DNA of 64,000 nucleotides from an uncultured delta proteobacterium. GTDB lineage: Bacteria; Desulfobacterota; BSN033; UBA1163. The notes beneath the pieces were generated by a model. The model saw only the letters and a program-made list of their open reading frames with translations. It was not told where the DNA came from and did not search any database. Position 1 is the first letter of the stretch; every line of letters begins with the position of its first letter. Location of the stretch: contig CAVPSJ010000005.1 in assembly GCA_963708295.1 (NCBI GenBank), forward strand, positions 108,356 to 172,355. The letters are read 5' to 3'. The translations under genes were made by a program, and so were the position numbers. Of this stretch, positions 24,235 to 34,405 are shown piece by piece.

Positions 24235-25925
24235 ATGAAAAAAACCGGTTCTCAAATCATTGTTGAGTGTTTAAAAAAAGAAGGGGTGGATATTGTTTTC
24301 AATTACCCCGGCGGCGCCGTCCTTCCGCTCTTCGATGAGTTTCAAGGCGCCCCGTTCCGGCAGGTCCTGGTCCGCCACGAGCAGGCTGCGGTCCATGCGG
24401 CCGACGGGTATGCCAGGGCAACGGGAAAAGTGGGGGTGGTATTGGTCACCTCCGGACCGGGGGCGACGAACACCGTAACAGGAATTGCCACAGCCTTCAT
24501 GGACTCTATCCCTATTGTGATCATGACCGGCCAGGTCCCTACTCTTCTGATCGGAAACGACGCCTTCCAAGAAGCGGATATCATTGGTATTACAAGACCG
24601 TGCACCAAACATAACTACCTGGTCAAGGATGTCAAAGATCTGGCACGAATCTTGAAACAAGCTTTCTATGTGGCGCGAAGCGGAAGACCCGGACCCGTCC
24701 TTGTTGACCTTCCCAAAGACATCCTGGTCGATTCGACAGAATTCAAGTATCCCGAGAAGGTCTTTATCCGCGGCTATCAGCCTACTTACGAGGGCCACCT
24801 CGGCCAGATTCAGAGGGCGATAAAACTGATCTTGAAGTCCCGTAAGCCTGTTCTCTACGTCGGTGGCGGGATCATTTCTTCAAACGCATCGAAGGAACTC
24901 ACCCTTTTAGCGGAGAAGCTGGGTATTCCTGTGACCATGACCCTGATGGGGTTGGGCAGCATTCCCGGGCAATCATCCGCTCTCGCTGGGCATGCTGGGG
25001 ATGCATGGGACCTACTGGGCCAACATGGCGGTCATGGAGGCCGACCTTCTCATCGCCATCGGGTCTCGATTTGATGACCGGGTCACCGGCAAGATCGAAG
25101 CCTTCGCCCCTCAGGCAAAAATCATTCATATCGACATCGATCCCACCTCCATCAGCAAAAATGTGAGAGTCGATCTTCCCATCGTCGGGGATTGTAAACA
25201 CATCGTTTCCAAAATTCTTTCCCTCCTCGAAAAGGAAGAGATCGACTCCTTCAAAACAGGAATGGGAAAATGGCATCATCAGATCGATAAATTCAAAGCC
25301 ATCCATAGCATGAATTACGACCAGAAGGGAATGATCAAGCCCCAGTACGTGATCGAGTCCATTTATGAGCTGACCAAGGGGGAGGCGATCATCTCCACCG
25401 AGGTGGGACAAAACCAGATGTGGACGGCTCAGTATTTCCCGTTCGTCAAGCCGAGGACGCTGCTCACTTCAGGGGGGCTTGGGAACAATGGGCTACGGAT
25501 TTCCAGCGGCCATGGGCGCGCAGGCGGCCTTCCCGAACAAGCTGGTGATTGATATTTCAGGCGATGGAAGTTTTCAGATGAACTCTCAGGAACTGGCGAC
25601 CATCGTCCAGTACCGTCTGCCGGTCAAAGTGGTCATCCTGAACAACGGCTACCTTGGAATGATCAGACAATGGCAGGAGTTCTTCTACGGGAAACGATAC
25701 GCCTCCTCTTCTCTGGAAGGGTTTTCTCCGGACTTCGTCAAATTGGCAGAGGCTTACGGAGCGGTGGGTTTGAGAACGAACAAGCCCGAGGAGGTGGTCC
25801 CTCTCCTGAAGAAGGCCTTCTCCATCCCCGAGCCTGTCATCATCGATTTTGAGGTCGATCCGGAAGAGAATGTCTATCCGATGGTGCCTGCGGGAGAAGC
25901 GCTGAATCAGATGAGACTGATATAA
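24235..25925 (+). CDS. ilvB: acetolactate synthase large subunit (two frameshifts)
   Basis: [45 protein letters not shown] across three ORFs. Confidence 0.95.
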
Positions 25926-26044
25926 TGAAGAATGGAATGATGGAGCAATGGAGTAGTGAGAAAAAGAAATCACAATATTCTATATCCTTTGTACCCATTA
26001 CTCCAAAACTCCATTACTCCACGATTCCAGCCTTTGAGGCTTAA

Positions 26045-26542
26045 ATGCGTCATGTGATCACTCTTTTGGTTGAAAATGAATTTGGCGTTCTGACCCGGAT
26101 TGCGGGACTCTTCAGCGGCAGGGGGTTCAACATCGAGAGCCTGTGTGTGGCCGAGACCCTCGACCCCACCGTCTCGACGATGACCCTGGTCACCCGGGGA
26201 GACGACCAGATCCTCGAGCAGGTGCTCAAGCAGCTGAATAAATTGATCCCCGTCATCAAAGTGGTGGATCTCATCGAGAAGGACTTTGTCGAGCGGGAAA
26301 TGATACTGGTTAAAGTGACGGCGACTTCCGGGACGAGAGAGGAAATTCTCAGAGTGGTCGACATCTTCAGGGGGAAGGTGATCGATGTGGGAGCCAAAAC
26401 CTACACGATCGAGGTCACGGGGGATGAAAAGAAGATCAATGCCCTCCTCGCCCTCCTGAAGCCTCTCGGCATCAAGGAATTGGTCCGGACAGGTCGTGTG
26501 GCCATGATCCGGGGGAGTAAACTCACGACAGAACCTTCCTAA
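26045..26542 (+). CDS. ilvN: acetolactate synthase small subunit
   Basis: LVENEFGVLTRIAGLFSGRGFNIESL, KQLNKL, ELVRTG. Confidence 0.97.
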   Translation: MRHVITLLVENEFGVLTRIAGLFSGRGFNIESLCVAETLDPTVSTMTLVTRGDDQILEQVLKQLNKLIPVIKVVDLIEKDFVEREMILVKVTATSGTREEILRVVDIFRGKVIDVGAKTYTIEVTGDEKKINALLALLKPLGIKELVRTGRVAMIRGSKLTTEPS

Positions 26543-26631
26543 TGCATCCATCCTCTTCCGGTGATTTCCCGGACGGAAGGGCGACGAAGAAGAAGCGCAA
26601 GAAGAAGGGACTGCCGGAGAAGAAAAAATGA
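26542..26631 (+). CDS. putative 29-aa Lys-rich peptide
   Basis: MHPSSSGDFPDGRATKKKRKKKGLPEKKK; TAATG overlap with ilvN stop and ATGA overlap with psd start. Confidence 0.3.
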   Translation: MHPSSSGDFPDGRATKKKRKKKGLPEKKK

Positions 26632-27275
26632 GTGAACAGAATCGATGACCGATTGCCAGAGAAGGATTCCCTTTCCTGATCCCCGCGGTCCTTTTAACGG
26701 TGGTTCTCGGGATCCTGGGTTGGAAGGTCTGGATGTCTCTGGGAATCCTTGTCTCTCTATTCATCGCCTATTTTTTCAGGAACCCCAGGAGAGAAATTCC
26801 AGACCTTCAGAACATCATCCTTTCTCCGGCCGACGGCAGGATCGTGCATGTCGGGGAATGTCAGGAAGACCGTTTTTTAAAAGAAAAAACGTTGAAGGTA
26901 AGCATCTTTATGTCCCTGTTCGATGTCCATCTCAATCGGGCGCCTGTCTCCGGAAAGGTTCTGCAAAGAAATTACCTTCCGGGCCGATTTCTGGTGGCCC
27001 ATGTAGAGAAGTCGTCCCTTCTCAACGAGCAAAACGCCGTGATCCTGGAAACGGAGGATCGGCTCAAAATCCTTCTGGTCCAGATTGCGGGTTTCGTCGC
27101 AAGGAGGATCGTCTGTTATGCCAAGACGGGCGATCTCTTGAGGAAGGGAGAAATCTTTGGCTTGATCCGATTCGGATCGAGGGTCGATCTCTACCTGCCC
27201 CCTGAAGTGAAACCGATTGTCAGGGTGGGACAGCATGTGAAGGGAGGGGAGTCGATCATCGGGTATCGAGCATGA
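26628..27275 (+). CDS. psd: phosphatidylserine decarboxylase proenzyme (in-frame TGA at codon 7)
   Basis: PIAREG, FFRNP, SPADG, IFMSLFDVHLNRAP, QIAG, IRFGSRVD. Confidence 0.92.
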
Positions 27276-28053
27276 AAAAGAGAAAAGCCCCCAGTCAAAA
27301 TGAGAAAAGGGATTTACATCCTTCCCAATCTTCTCACCACAGGGAATCTTCTGTGCGGATTCTGGGCGATTATCTCCGTGTTTCAGGAACAATATTACTA
27401 TGCGGCCGTCGCCATTCTTCTGGCGGCGGTTTTCGATGCCTTTGACGGAAAAGTGGCCAAGCTCTCAGGGGCCACCTCCAAATTCGGAGTGCAGTATGAT
27501 TCACTGGCCGACCTTGTTTCCTTCGGAGTCGCCCCGGCACTGCTCGCCTTCAGTTGGGCGTTGCGGCCCTACGGAAAATTCGGTTGGCTGGCCGCATTCA
27601 CTCTTCGTGGCCTGTGGGGCCATCCGGCTGGCCAGATACAACGTGCTGGCCTCTACCGGAGAGACAAAATATTTCAAAGGCGTCCCCATCCCTGTGGCAG
27701 CTGCGATGATCGCCCTGACCATCCTTCTCTACCTCCGATTGGTCGAAACGGGGTGGATCAAGGACATCGTCATTCTCGTTATGATCTATGTCCTGGCCTT
27801 TCTCATGGTATCGAACATTCGGTACTACAGCTTCAAGGAACTTGGCCTCGCAAAACGAAAGCCCATCAGCAGTTTTGTCTTCGTCGTCCTTTCGCTGATT
27901 GTGATCGTCATGGAACCGGTCGTCGTCCTCTCTGCCTTCGTCCTCTTGTATGTCTGTTCCGGGCCGGTCAGCATGATCTGGGCCTGGCACAGGAAGAGAG
28001 TACTGAGAAAGACGGAGCCCATTCCCGAGGAGGACCTGGTGATCCGTGGCTGA
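27272..28053 (+). CDS. pssA: CDP-diacylglycerol--serine O-phosphatidyltransferase (frameshifted)
   Basis: LPNLLT, DAFDGKVA, DSLADLVSFGVAP, RLARYN, LMVSNIRY. Confidence 0.93.
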
Positions 28054-28106
28054 AACATTTTTAGATTGCCATCTGGGGTATTTTCATGTAAGTTGTTAGT
28101 TTATAT

Positions 28107-28172
28107 TCCTCGGTCCTGCAAGCAGGCAATCGGCAGAGTCCCGCCAAAGGTGGGATTAACCACTAGGTTGCA
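28107..28172 (+). pseudogene. degenerate 5' copy of tRNA-Asn with two hairpin replacements
   Basis: Blocks TCCTCGGT, CAATCGGCAGAG and TTAACCACTAGGTTGCA are identical to the tRNA. Confidence 0.8.
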
Positions 28173-28202
28173 AAGGAAAAGAAAGAATCAAGTGTTTTAT
28201 GT

Positions 28203-28278
28203 TCCTCGGTAGCTCAATCGGCAGAGCGGGTGGCTGTTAACCACTAGGTTGCAGGTTCGAGTCCTGCCCGGGGAGCCA
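28203..28278 (+). tRNA. tRNA-Asn (GTT)
   Basis: Acceptor TCCTCGG/CCGGGGA, D arm, anticodon arm GTGG-CTGTTAA-CCAC, GGTTCGAGTCC T arm, encoded CCA. Confidence 0.98.
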
Positions 28279-28282
28279 GATT

Positions 28283-28317
28283 AAAAAAGGGGGCCCGGTT
28301 ATGGTCCCCTTTTTTTA
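28283..28317 (+). terminator. intrinsic terminator after tRNA-Asn
   Basis: AAAAAAGGGGGCC...GGTCCCCTTTTTTT. Confidence 0.8.
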
Positions 28318-28518
28318 ATCTGATTCTTGGTCCAGGGAGAACCTTTGTGAGCTTGCCCTGAGTGAAACGAAGGGAGTCCTGCCCGGGATTTTTGATTTTC
28401 TTCTGATTCTTGGCTCAGGCGAGAACCTTTGTGAGCTTGCCCTCCTTCACCTTGCTCTGGACAAGCTCCCTTTGCGAGGGAAGTCCTGCCTCTCGTGAGT
28501 TTTTTCTCTGGAGGTCTC

Positions 28519-28743
28519 ATGGACAACTGGTGGGTCTACATCGTTGAGAAAAAGACAGGGCTATATGTTGGTATCACAACCGATTTGGAAAACAGAATGA
28601 GGCAACACGGACAGCGGATCCCCTTGTACTATGAAGGGCCTGTTTCAAAAAGTGACGCGCTCAAGCGAGAGAGAACGCTCAAAGGTTGGAGTAGACGGAA
28701 GAAACTCGAGCTGATTGCCACCGCCTTCACAAATGGCAGGTGA
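28519..28743 (+). CDS. small GIY-YIG nuclease
   Basis: WVYIV...LYVGITTDLENRMRQH...ALKRERTLKGWSRRKK. Confidence 0.88.
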   Translation: MDNWWVYIVEKKTGLYVGITTDLENRMRQHGQRIPLYYEGPVSKSDALKRERTLKGWSRRKKLELIATAFTNGR

Positions 28744-28779
28744 GTAGTTTCGACCCTAGTGACCGATTTATCCTGAGCT

Positions 28780-28910
28780 TGAAGCAGCTTGATATCCGGA
28801 AATATCTTTTCGACATCAACGAGGCCTGTGAATTACTGCTTCAATTTACCGCTGGAAAAACCTTTTCAGATTATTCTACTGACGCTATGCTACGTTCCGC
28901 TGTCGAACGG
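28780..28910 (+). pseudogene. HepT/DUF86-like ribonuclease N-terminal fragment
   Basis: DIRKYLFDINEAC...FTAGKTFSDY..DAMLRSAVER then loses similarity. Confidence 0.65.
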
Positions 28911-28998
28911 CCAACCTCTCTACCCTCCAAAAACAGGTGGCTGCTAGTCTGCCCCGGGATGTTCTTTTATCTCCGTACCCCATCTGCTCTTCCGTCCC

Positions 28999-29265
28999 TT
29001 ACTCGTAATGAGTCCACATTCGAATGACCTTGACGGTTCTTATGTCTTCCAAGACCTGGTAGACGAGACGGTGCTGGATATTGATTCGACGCGAATAGGC
29101 TCCGGAGAGGTCTCCGACGAGCTTTTCAAACGGCGGAGGGGTTTGAAAAGGATTCTTGGACAGGATTTGGAGCAACTTCTCGGCTTTGGGCTTCAGGCCC
29201 GCACTCGCGATCTTCTTTGCATCTTTCTGGGCTTGCCTGGTATAGACAACCCTCCACGTTACCAT
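28999..29265 (-). CDS. yoeB: Txe/YoeB-family toxin
   Basis: NPFQTPPPFEKLVGDLSGAYSRRINIQHRLVY...WTHYE. Confidence 0.93.
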   Translation of the reverse strand: MVTWRVVYTRQAQKDAKKIASAGLKPKAEKLLQILSKNPFQTPPPFEKLVGDLSGAYSRRINIQHRLVYQVLEDIRTVKVIRMWTHYE

Positions 29266-29501
29266 CCAGGTTTCTCGCTACACTTCTTAACGGGCGTCTT
29301 AAGACCCTTCCGAATGGATTCTCTCATTCCCGGAATCGATAAGAGATAGAGTGTTTCTTGAATGGATCGCCAGTCCTCTTCGGAGATCAAGATAGCGTTT
29401 GCCCTCTTTCCCGTGATCTGGATGGGCTCGTGGGATTCTCCGGCCTGGTCGAGCAATTTATAAAGGTTTGCCCTCGCTTCCGTGGCCTTAATGGTTGTCA
29501 T
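29259..29501 (-). CDS. yefM: Phd/YefM-family antitoxin
   Basis: ATEARANLYKLLD...ILISEEDWRSIQETLYLLSIPG. Confidence 0.93.
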   Translation of the reverse strand: MTTIKATEARANLYKLLDQAGESHEPIQITGKRANAILISEEDWRSIQETLYLLSIPGMRESIRKGLKTPVKKCSEKPGW

Positions 29502-29522
29502 AGCAGTCACCTCAATTGTTAA

Positions 29523-29540
29523 CGTACATTAAAACGTACG
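29523..29540. promoter_or_regulatory. probable yefM-yoeB operator
   Basis: CGTACA and CGTACG spaced 12 bp apart, as in TGTACA-type YefM operators. Confidence 0.55.
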
Positions 29541-29676
29541 CAATGTCAAGCGTTTTCTGGCTGGCGCAGAATCCCAACCTTTCAGTTTGACCCTAATTTC
29601 CCGTCTGCACCAACAGATTCCGGTCATTCTTCTGAAGTGGAGGAAGTTTCCCTCATGAATAGGTGTCAGGTCTACA

Positions 29677-30442
29677 CTATTCACTTAATATTCTCTTGAG
29701 CTTATCAACCTTCTCTGATAGCTTCGCATCCCCTTTTAATCTCTCTTCGAGCCTTCGCGTATTCTGGCTCACCGCAGAAGGGCCGATCCCTCCGAAATGC
29801 CTTCCAATCTCGCCTAAGGACTCCCCGCTCAGACGATGGGAGAGATACAGGGCAACCCTTCTCGATTCAGCTGCTTCATTTCCCAATAGACTCTCTGCTT
29901 CTTTCCGTATAGACGACAATTCAGGCCACTTGGAAACCTGCCGTAATGAAGGGATGTCCCGATGATGAGCCCTTTTCCCAACGCAGTTCTCTCTCACCCA
30001 ATCGACAAATTCTTCAGATCCTAATATCGCCGAACTGACCACCTGTTCCAGCGGATCTTTTGTCGCTCTTCCGCTAACCTCCCCTACGAACTTCCGATAT
30101 CCCTTACGTGCCCTCTTCTCGTTTCTGCTGATTTGACCCAGTATCCATTCGGTCTTTACCCAATGCCGCCCTTTTCTGTCCGCCGCATAGTCCATATAGC
30201 TGCTCCAAGGGTACAATCGAGGGTCCTTCACCCTATGAGCCCTCACAGAATTAAGATGGATGTATCGCGATAACTCCATCGCATACTGATCCTTATCCAC
30301 CAGGATCGCTCGATATCTGCCCTGAAACAGATGGCCTGCTCTCCCCGTCTTCGCATTGAAATAGTTGGTATAGCCGGTATTTAGGTGATGCAAGATCTGG
30401 CGGAGATTCCCCCTTGGAGTCTCCAGAAGTAGATGGTAGTGG
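29677..30442 (-). pseudogene. 5'-truncated RAYT-like Y1 transposase
   Basis: Near-identical to 40932-41873 from the HYH motif to the stop codon; N-terminus replaced by unrelated sequence. Confidence 0.88.
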
Positions 30443-30739
30443 CATTGACGAGAGGCCCCAGGAAAATGATAGTAGTAAATAAGAGAGTTAGCTGGCTCAT
30501 GCTCTCTGAAAATAGGATTCGTTTAAAGAGCTCTTACCAACCTTCCAACTTGACTTAAAAATTAAGTCAGAAGTGACACCCTTGCTCGGAGGTTAGTGAC
30601 TCAATACCCAATGAACCCGACAACCCAATAGACCCAATAACCCAACAAACCCAATGAACTCAATAACTCAATAACTAATTAATTGGGCCAACTTTTTTAT
30701 GGATGACTATGGAGATTAGTATTCAAAAACTCGGCTTGT
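30441..30739. repeat. IS/MITE end remnants with short tandem repeats
   Basis: TGACTTAAAAATTAAGTCAGAAGTGAC (similar at 37770 and 63789) and CCAACTTTTTTATGGATGAC...AAAAACTCGGCTTGTGTAGG (similar at 37912-37968). Confidence 0.6.
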
Positions 30740-31570
30740 GTAGGGTCAAGGAATGGCGAGTTACGTTAGGTATCCCCTTGGCCGTATCCGCCGTTTCCGG
30801 CTTCGTGCCCGTTTAGGCTCTCCCTAGCACTTCTCCATCCCCTGCCACCTCAAACCGTACGTGAGGTTTTCCCTCATACGGCTTTCCTGTTCTCTTCGCA
30901 ACAAAGCTTATACACCTATCGGCTTGGAGCTGCTTTTGGAAAAGGATAGCGTAGATATCTTTCCTACTCCACCACTTCCAGCCGAATCAGTCTTCGCTTT
31001 GCTGTATATCTTTCGCCTCAGTCCATGCAGACTCACGGAAGCTTTTATCATTCTCCCCTGCCTCTCCTCCGTCGAAAGATCCAAGGTACAGCAGAGCCCC
31101 TTCGCTCCGGTAAGGTTATGTTGTCCTTACCCTCTTCGCTACTACGGGCTCATCCGCCACCCTCTCGCCTCTCGGTTCACTTCGTCTTCCGACTTATAGA
31201 ACCTACCTGCTCCTGTCGTTTCCGTCAGGGACGAGGAGGGCTTCCCCAGTTGATAGCACACCTCTCTGTCCGTGTCGCCGCTGCTACCCCGCCACCGCCC
31301 TTCTACTTCTCAGCCAGTGTCAGTAGAAGAGTTCTGCCTTCGCCCACATTCAAGAGGCTCGGCCAGTGGGAACTCGTCTCTTACGAGGCTACATCTACGT
31401 TCACGTAAGTTACGACCCGGATCGTTGCTCATCCCGCCTTGCGGAACTTTGTCGATGGGCTTCAGGAGGAAGCGTTTCCCCTTCCTCCTGCCATCCAAGC
31501 TACGTGGCTCTGGCTTTTACCACGACGGGTCTTTCACCCGCTAGTATGCGCTACCCTTCGCTGGGCACGC
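30740..31570 (-). mobile_element. group II intron with internally deleted RT ORF (non-autonomous)
   Basis: 5' GCGTGCCCAGCGAAGGG; domain V GAAAGCCGTATGAGGGAAAACCTCACGTACGGTTTGAGG; 3' end ...CTTGACCCTAC; RT N-terminus MIKASVSLHGLRRKIYSKAK joined to C-terminal FGWKWWSR. Confidence 0.92.
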
Positions 31571-31826
31571 TGATAATGAAAGCCCTGACCCCGCTGGCCT
31601 AGCCTACAGCCATGCCATTGCTCGGAGAGTCGAGTGTTTATCGATTCCACCGAATCTGTAGGGTCACCTGGAAAGCTGTCGCAAGGAAGGGATGTCCCGA
31701 TGAGAGGCCCCCTTCCCGACCCCTGTTCGGCTCTCAACGACATGACGACAGGAGCAAACCACAAAAGGAGGATTACAAAAGTGGGAAAGGTATATCTTCA
31801 GAAGAGGAAAAGACCTCATATCCGCA

Positions 31827-32867
31827 TCATCGATATTGAACCGTCACGGCACGGAGCAATCGTTCATTGTCCAATACCATTCCGGCACCTAAAACAATAG
31901 ACGAAAGGGGATCGTCTGCGATCGTAATGGGAAGGCTGGTCACTTCCCGGAGTAAAACATCGAGGTTCTTCAAAAGAGCCCCTCCGCCCACCAAAACAAT
32001 CCCTTTGTCCACAATATCTGCTGCCAGCTCAGGGGGGGTTCCTTCCAAAGTGATCCGAACGGTATCGATGATGGTATTGATCGATTCAGCCAAGGCCTCT
32101 CGCACTTCCTCACTGTTGATTTCAAGGGTTTTAGGAATGCCCGTTACCAAGTCTCTTCCTTTTACTTCGACCGTTTGAGGATTCTCATCGGGATAGGCGG
32201 TCCCCACATTAATCTTGATCAATTCGGCCGTTCGTTCGCCGATCAGAAGGTTGTACTTTCTTTTGACGTACTGGACAATCGCCTCATCCATCTTATCACC
32301 GGCGACCCGGATGGACTGACTGGTTACAATCCCCGACAGGGAGATGACCGCCACTTCCGTGGTCCCCCCGCCGATATCCACTACCATATTCCCAGAGGCT
32401 TCGGTGACCGGAAGCCCCGCTCCAATGGCAGCGGCCATGGGCTCCTCGATTAAATAAATTTCTCTTGCACCAGCGGACTGGGCCGATTCCCGGACCGCAC
32501 GTTTTTCTACAGGCGTGATGCCAGAGGGGACCGAGATGACTACCCGGGGCCGGAGCAGAGTTTTTCGATTATGAGCTTTAGCAATGAAATAACGAAGCAT
32601 CTCACCGGTGATTTCGAAATCGGCAATGACCCCATCCTTTATCGGCCGGATAGCGAAAATGTTGCCTGGCGTTCGACCCAACATCTCTTTAGCTGCACGG
32701 CCCACGGCCAGGACGCTTTTTCCTCCTTTCGAATCCCTTTGAATGGCCACCACAGAGGGCTCGGAAAAAAGGATCCCCTTTCCCTTTACATAGACGAGGG
32801 TATTCGCCGTTCCCAAATCAATGGCCAGGTCCGTTGAAAACAGACCCAAGAATGCATCAAATACCAT
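31827..32867 (-). CDS. mreB: rod shape-determining protein MreB (stand-alone)
   Basis: [54 protein letters not shown]. Confidence 0.97.
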   Translation of the reverse strand: MVFDAFLGLFSTDLAIDLGTANTLVYVKGKGILFSEPSVVAIQRDSKGGKSVLAVGRAAKEMLGRTPGNIFAIRPIKDGVIADFEITGEMLRYFIAKAHNRKTLLRPRVVISVPSGITPVEKRAVRESAQSAGAREIYLIEEPMAAAIGAGLPVTEASGNMVVDIGGGTTEVAVISLSGIVTSQSIRVAGDKMDEAIVQYVKRKYNLLIGERTAELIKINVGTAYPDENPQTVEVKGRDLVTGIPKTLEINSEEVREALAESINTIIDTVRITLEGTPPELAADIVDKGIVLVGGGALLKNLDVLLREVTSLPITIADDPLSSIVLGAGMVLDNERLLRAVTVQYR

Positions 32868-33013
32868 TCCTTTGTTTTCTCCAGTTTTTTATGAGACGAC
32901 ACCATCTTAACAAACAGTTCACCTTGATTCAAGAAACTCCATCCTATTTATTAGGAATAGCATATTATAGTTTACATTAGCCCAAGTAGGTCGTGCGACT
33001 TCATGGGTGACAC

Positions 33014-34405
33014 CTATGCTTTTTTTTCAGCAGGAAGTCTTATCCGGATCTCCAATCCTTCAGGCGAATTGAACGACTCGATTTTTCCACCATGTCTCTC
33101 AATGATCTTCTTGGTGATGGCCAGGCCCAATCCTGATCCAGGGAGCTTGGATCGCCCTGCCCGATGGAAGGGGTCGAAGATCCTGGTCAGATCCTCTTCT
33201 GCCAGTTTCTCGAAGGAGTTTGTTACGCTTATCTCCAGAAAACCCTGTTTAGAATACATCTTAACGATAATATCACCATTTTGGGGTGTAAACTTGGCGG
33301 CATTGTCAAGGATGTTTAATAATGCTAAACGAAGAGCCTCCCTGTCGCCCATTAATGGAGAATCGCTGGATAGGTCTGTTCTAACGCGTAGATCCTTCCG
33401 GTCCATCACCGGCTTAAGCCGTTCCAGAAGATCGTTTATAAGATCCGATGGGTTGAGTATTTCGAATTTTAATGGCGATTCATGAATATCCAGCCTTGAT
33501 AATTCAAGGATTCGGCCTGTGAGACGATCCAGTTCACTGATATCTTCACGTATGTCATCCAGGTGTCTCTCATATTCTTTGAGGTTCCCATTTTCAAACT
33601 TTTCTCTGAGGAGTTCCTCTGCAATCCTGATTCTCGTCAGGGGTGTCCGCAGTTCATGGGAGACGTTGGCGGTGAGCTCTTTACTGCTCGTAATCATTCT
33701 TTCCAGTTTATCCGTCATGTGATTAAAGGCTTGGGCCAGTTCGCCTATTTCATCCTTCCCCTTCACAGCGGCCCTGTGGGAGAGGTCTCCTTCAGCAATA
33801 CGAAGGGCAGATTGTCTCAGTTGTTTGACCCGATCGGTGATGAGCCTTGAAACGGGAATGATCAACAAGGCAACGATCAGACCGATAATGGCAAGGCCTA
33901 AGGCAAATCCACCTTCAGGATGGGGTGGTCCCTGACGACCAAACAATATATGGATACTGCCTCTCTCTCCCTTCGGAAATGCGATGGGAATCACAGCATA
34001 AAAATGAGAATATCTTCGGCGGTACAATTTAAAACTCCTATAGTCTCTTGATCTCTTTTCTTTGAATTGTTCAACCATCACCGGGACTCCACCTTCAAAA
34101 GACTTCACGGACAAGGTCCCATCACTGCTTTGTAGCCAGACCTTCGCCCCCAGGATATCCCCAAAATCAGAGATAAATTCTCTTAAGGGTTCATTTTCTG
34201 ACAATTCCGTGGTGGGTGCCGATCGAATCTTATCTTCAACGATCTCCTTTACAAGGAGGATCTTTCCTTTGGTGTAATGTTCTAATTGCGCGCGGAAGTC
34301 TTTACCGGGAATCATCACAAAGAGTCCGAAAATGGAGATCTCCGTGATAAAAAGAATGGCCAGAAAAGACAGAAAAATCTTTAGGTACAGCTTGCCAGGT
34401 TTCAT
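33014..34405 (-). CDS. HAMP-domain sensor histidine kinase (CpxA-like)
   Basis: Two TM segments, HAMP DEIGELA, SHELRTPL, NAAKF, GSGLGL. Confidence 0.93.
   Translation of the reverse strand: MKPGKLYLKIFLSFLAILFITEISIFGLFVMIPGKDFRAQLEHYTKGKILLVKEIVEDKIRSAPTTELSENEPLREFISDFGDILGAKVWLQSSDGTLSVKSFEGGVPVMVEQFKEKRSRDYRSFKLYRRRYSHFYAVIPIAFPKGERGSIHILFGRQGPPHPEGGFALGLAIIGLIVALLIIPVSRLITDRVKQLRQSALRIAEGDLSHRAAVKGKDEIGELAQAFNHMTDKLERMITSSKELTANVSHELRTPLTRIRIAEELLREKFENGNLKEYERHLDDIREDISELDRLTGRILELSRLDIHESPLKFEILNPSDLINDLLERLKPVMDRKDLRVRTDLSSDSPLMGDREALRLALLNILDNAAKFTPQNGDIIVKMYSKQGFLEISVTNSFEKLAEEDLTRIFDPFHRAGRSKLPGSGLGLAITKKIIERHGGKIESFNSPEGLEIRIRLPAEKKA

Noticed and set aside
24950-25490. Programmed frameshifting in ilvB and other genes
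   Set aside because: No consistent slippery sites; too many unrelated genes are affected; sequencing error is more parsimonious
30861-31602. ORFs overlapping the intron as an RT/maturase, retron or DGR
   Set aside because: No YADD or other RT core motifs; only terminal remnants of the intron ORF remain
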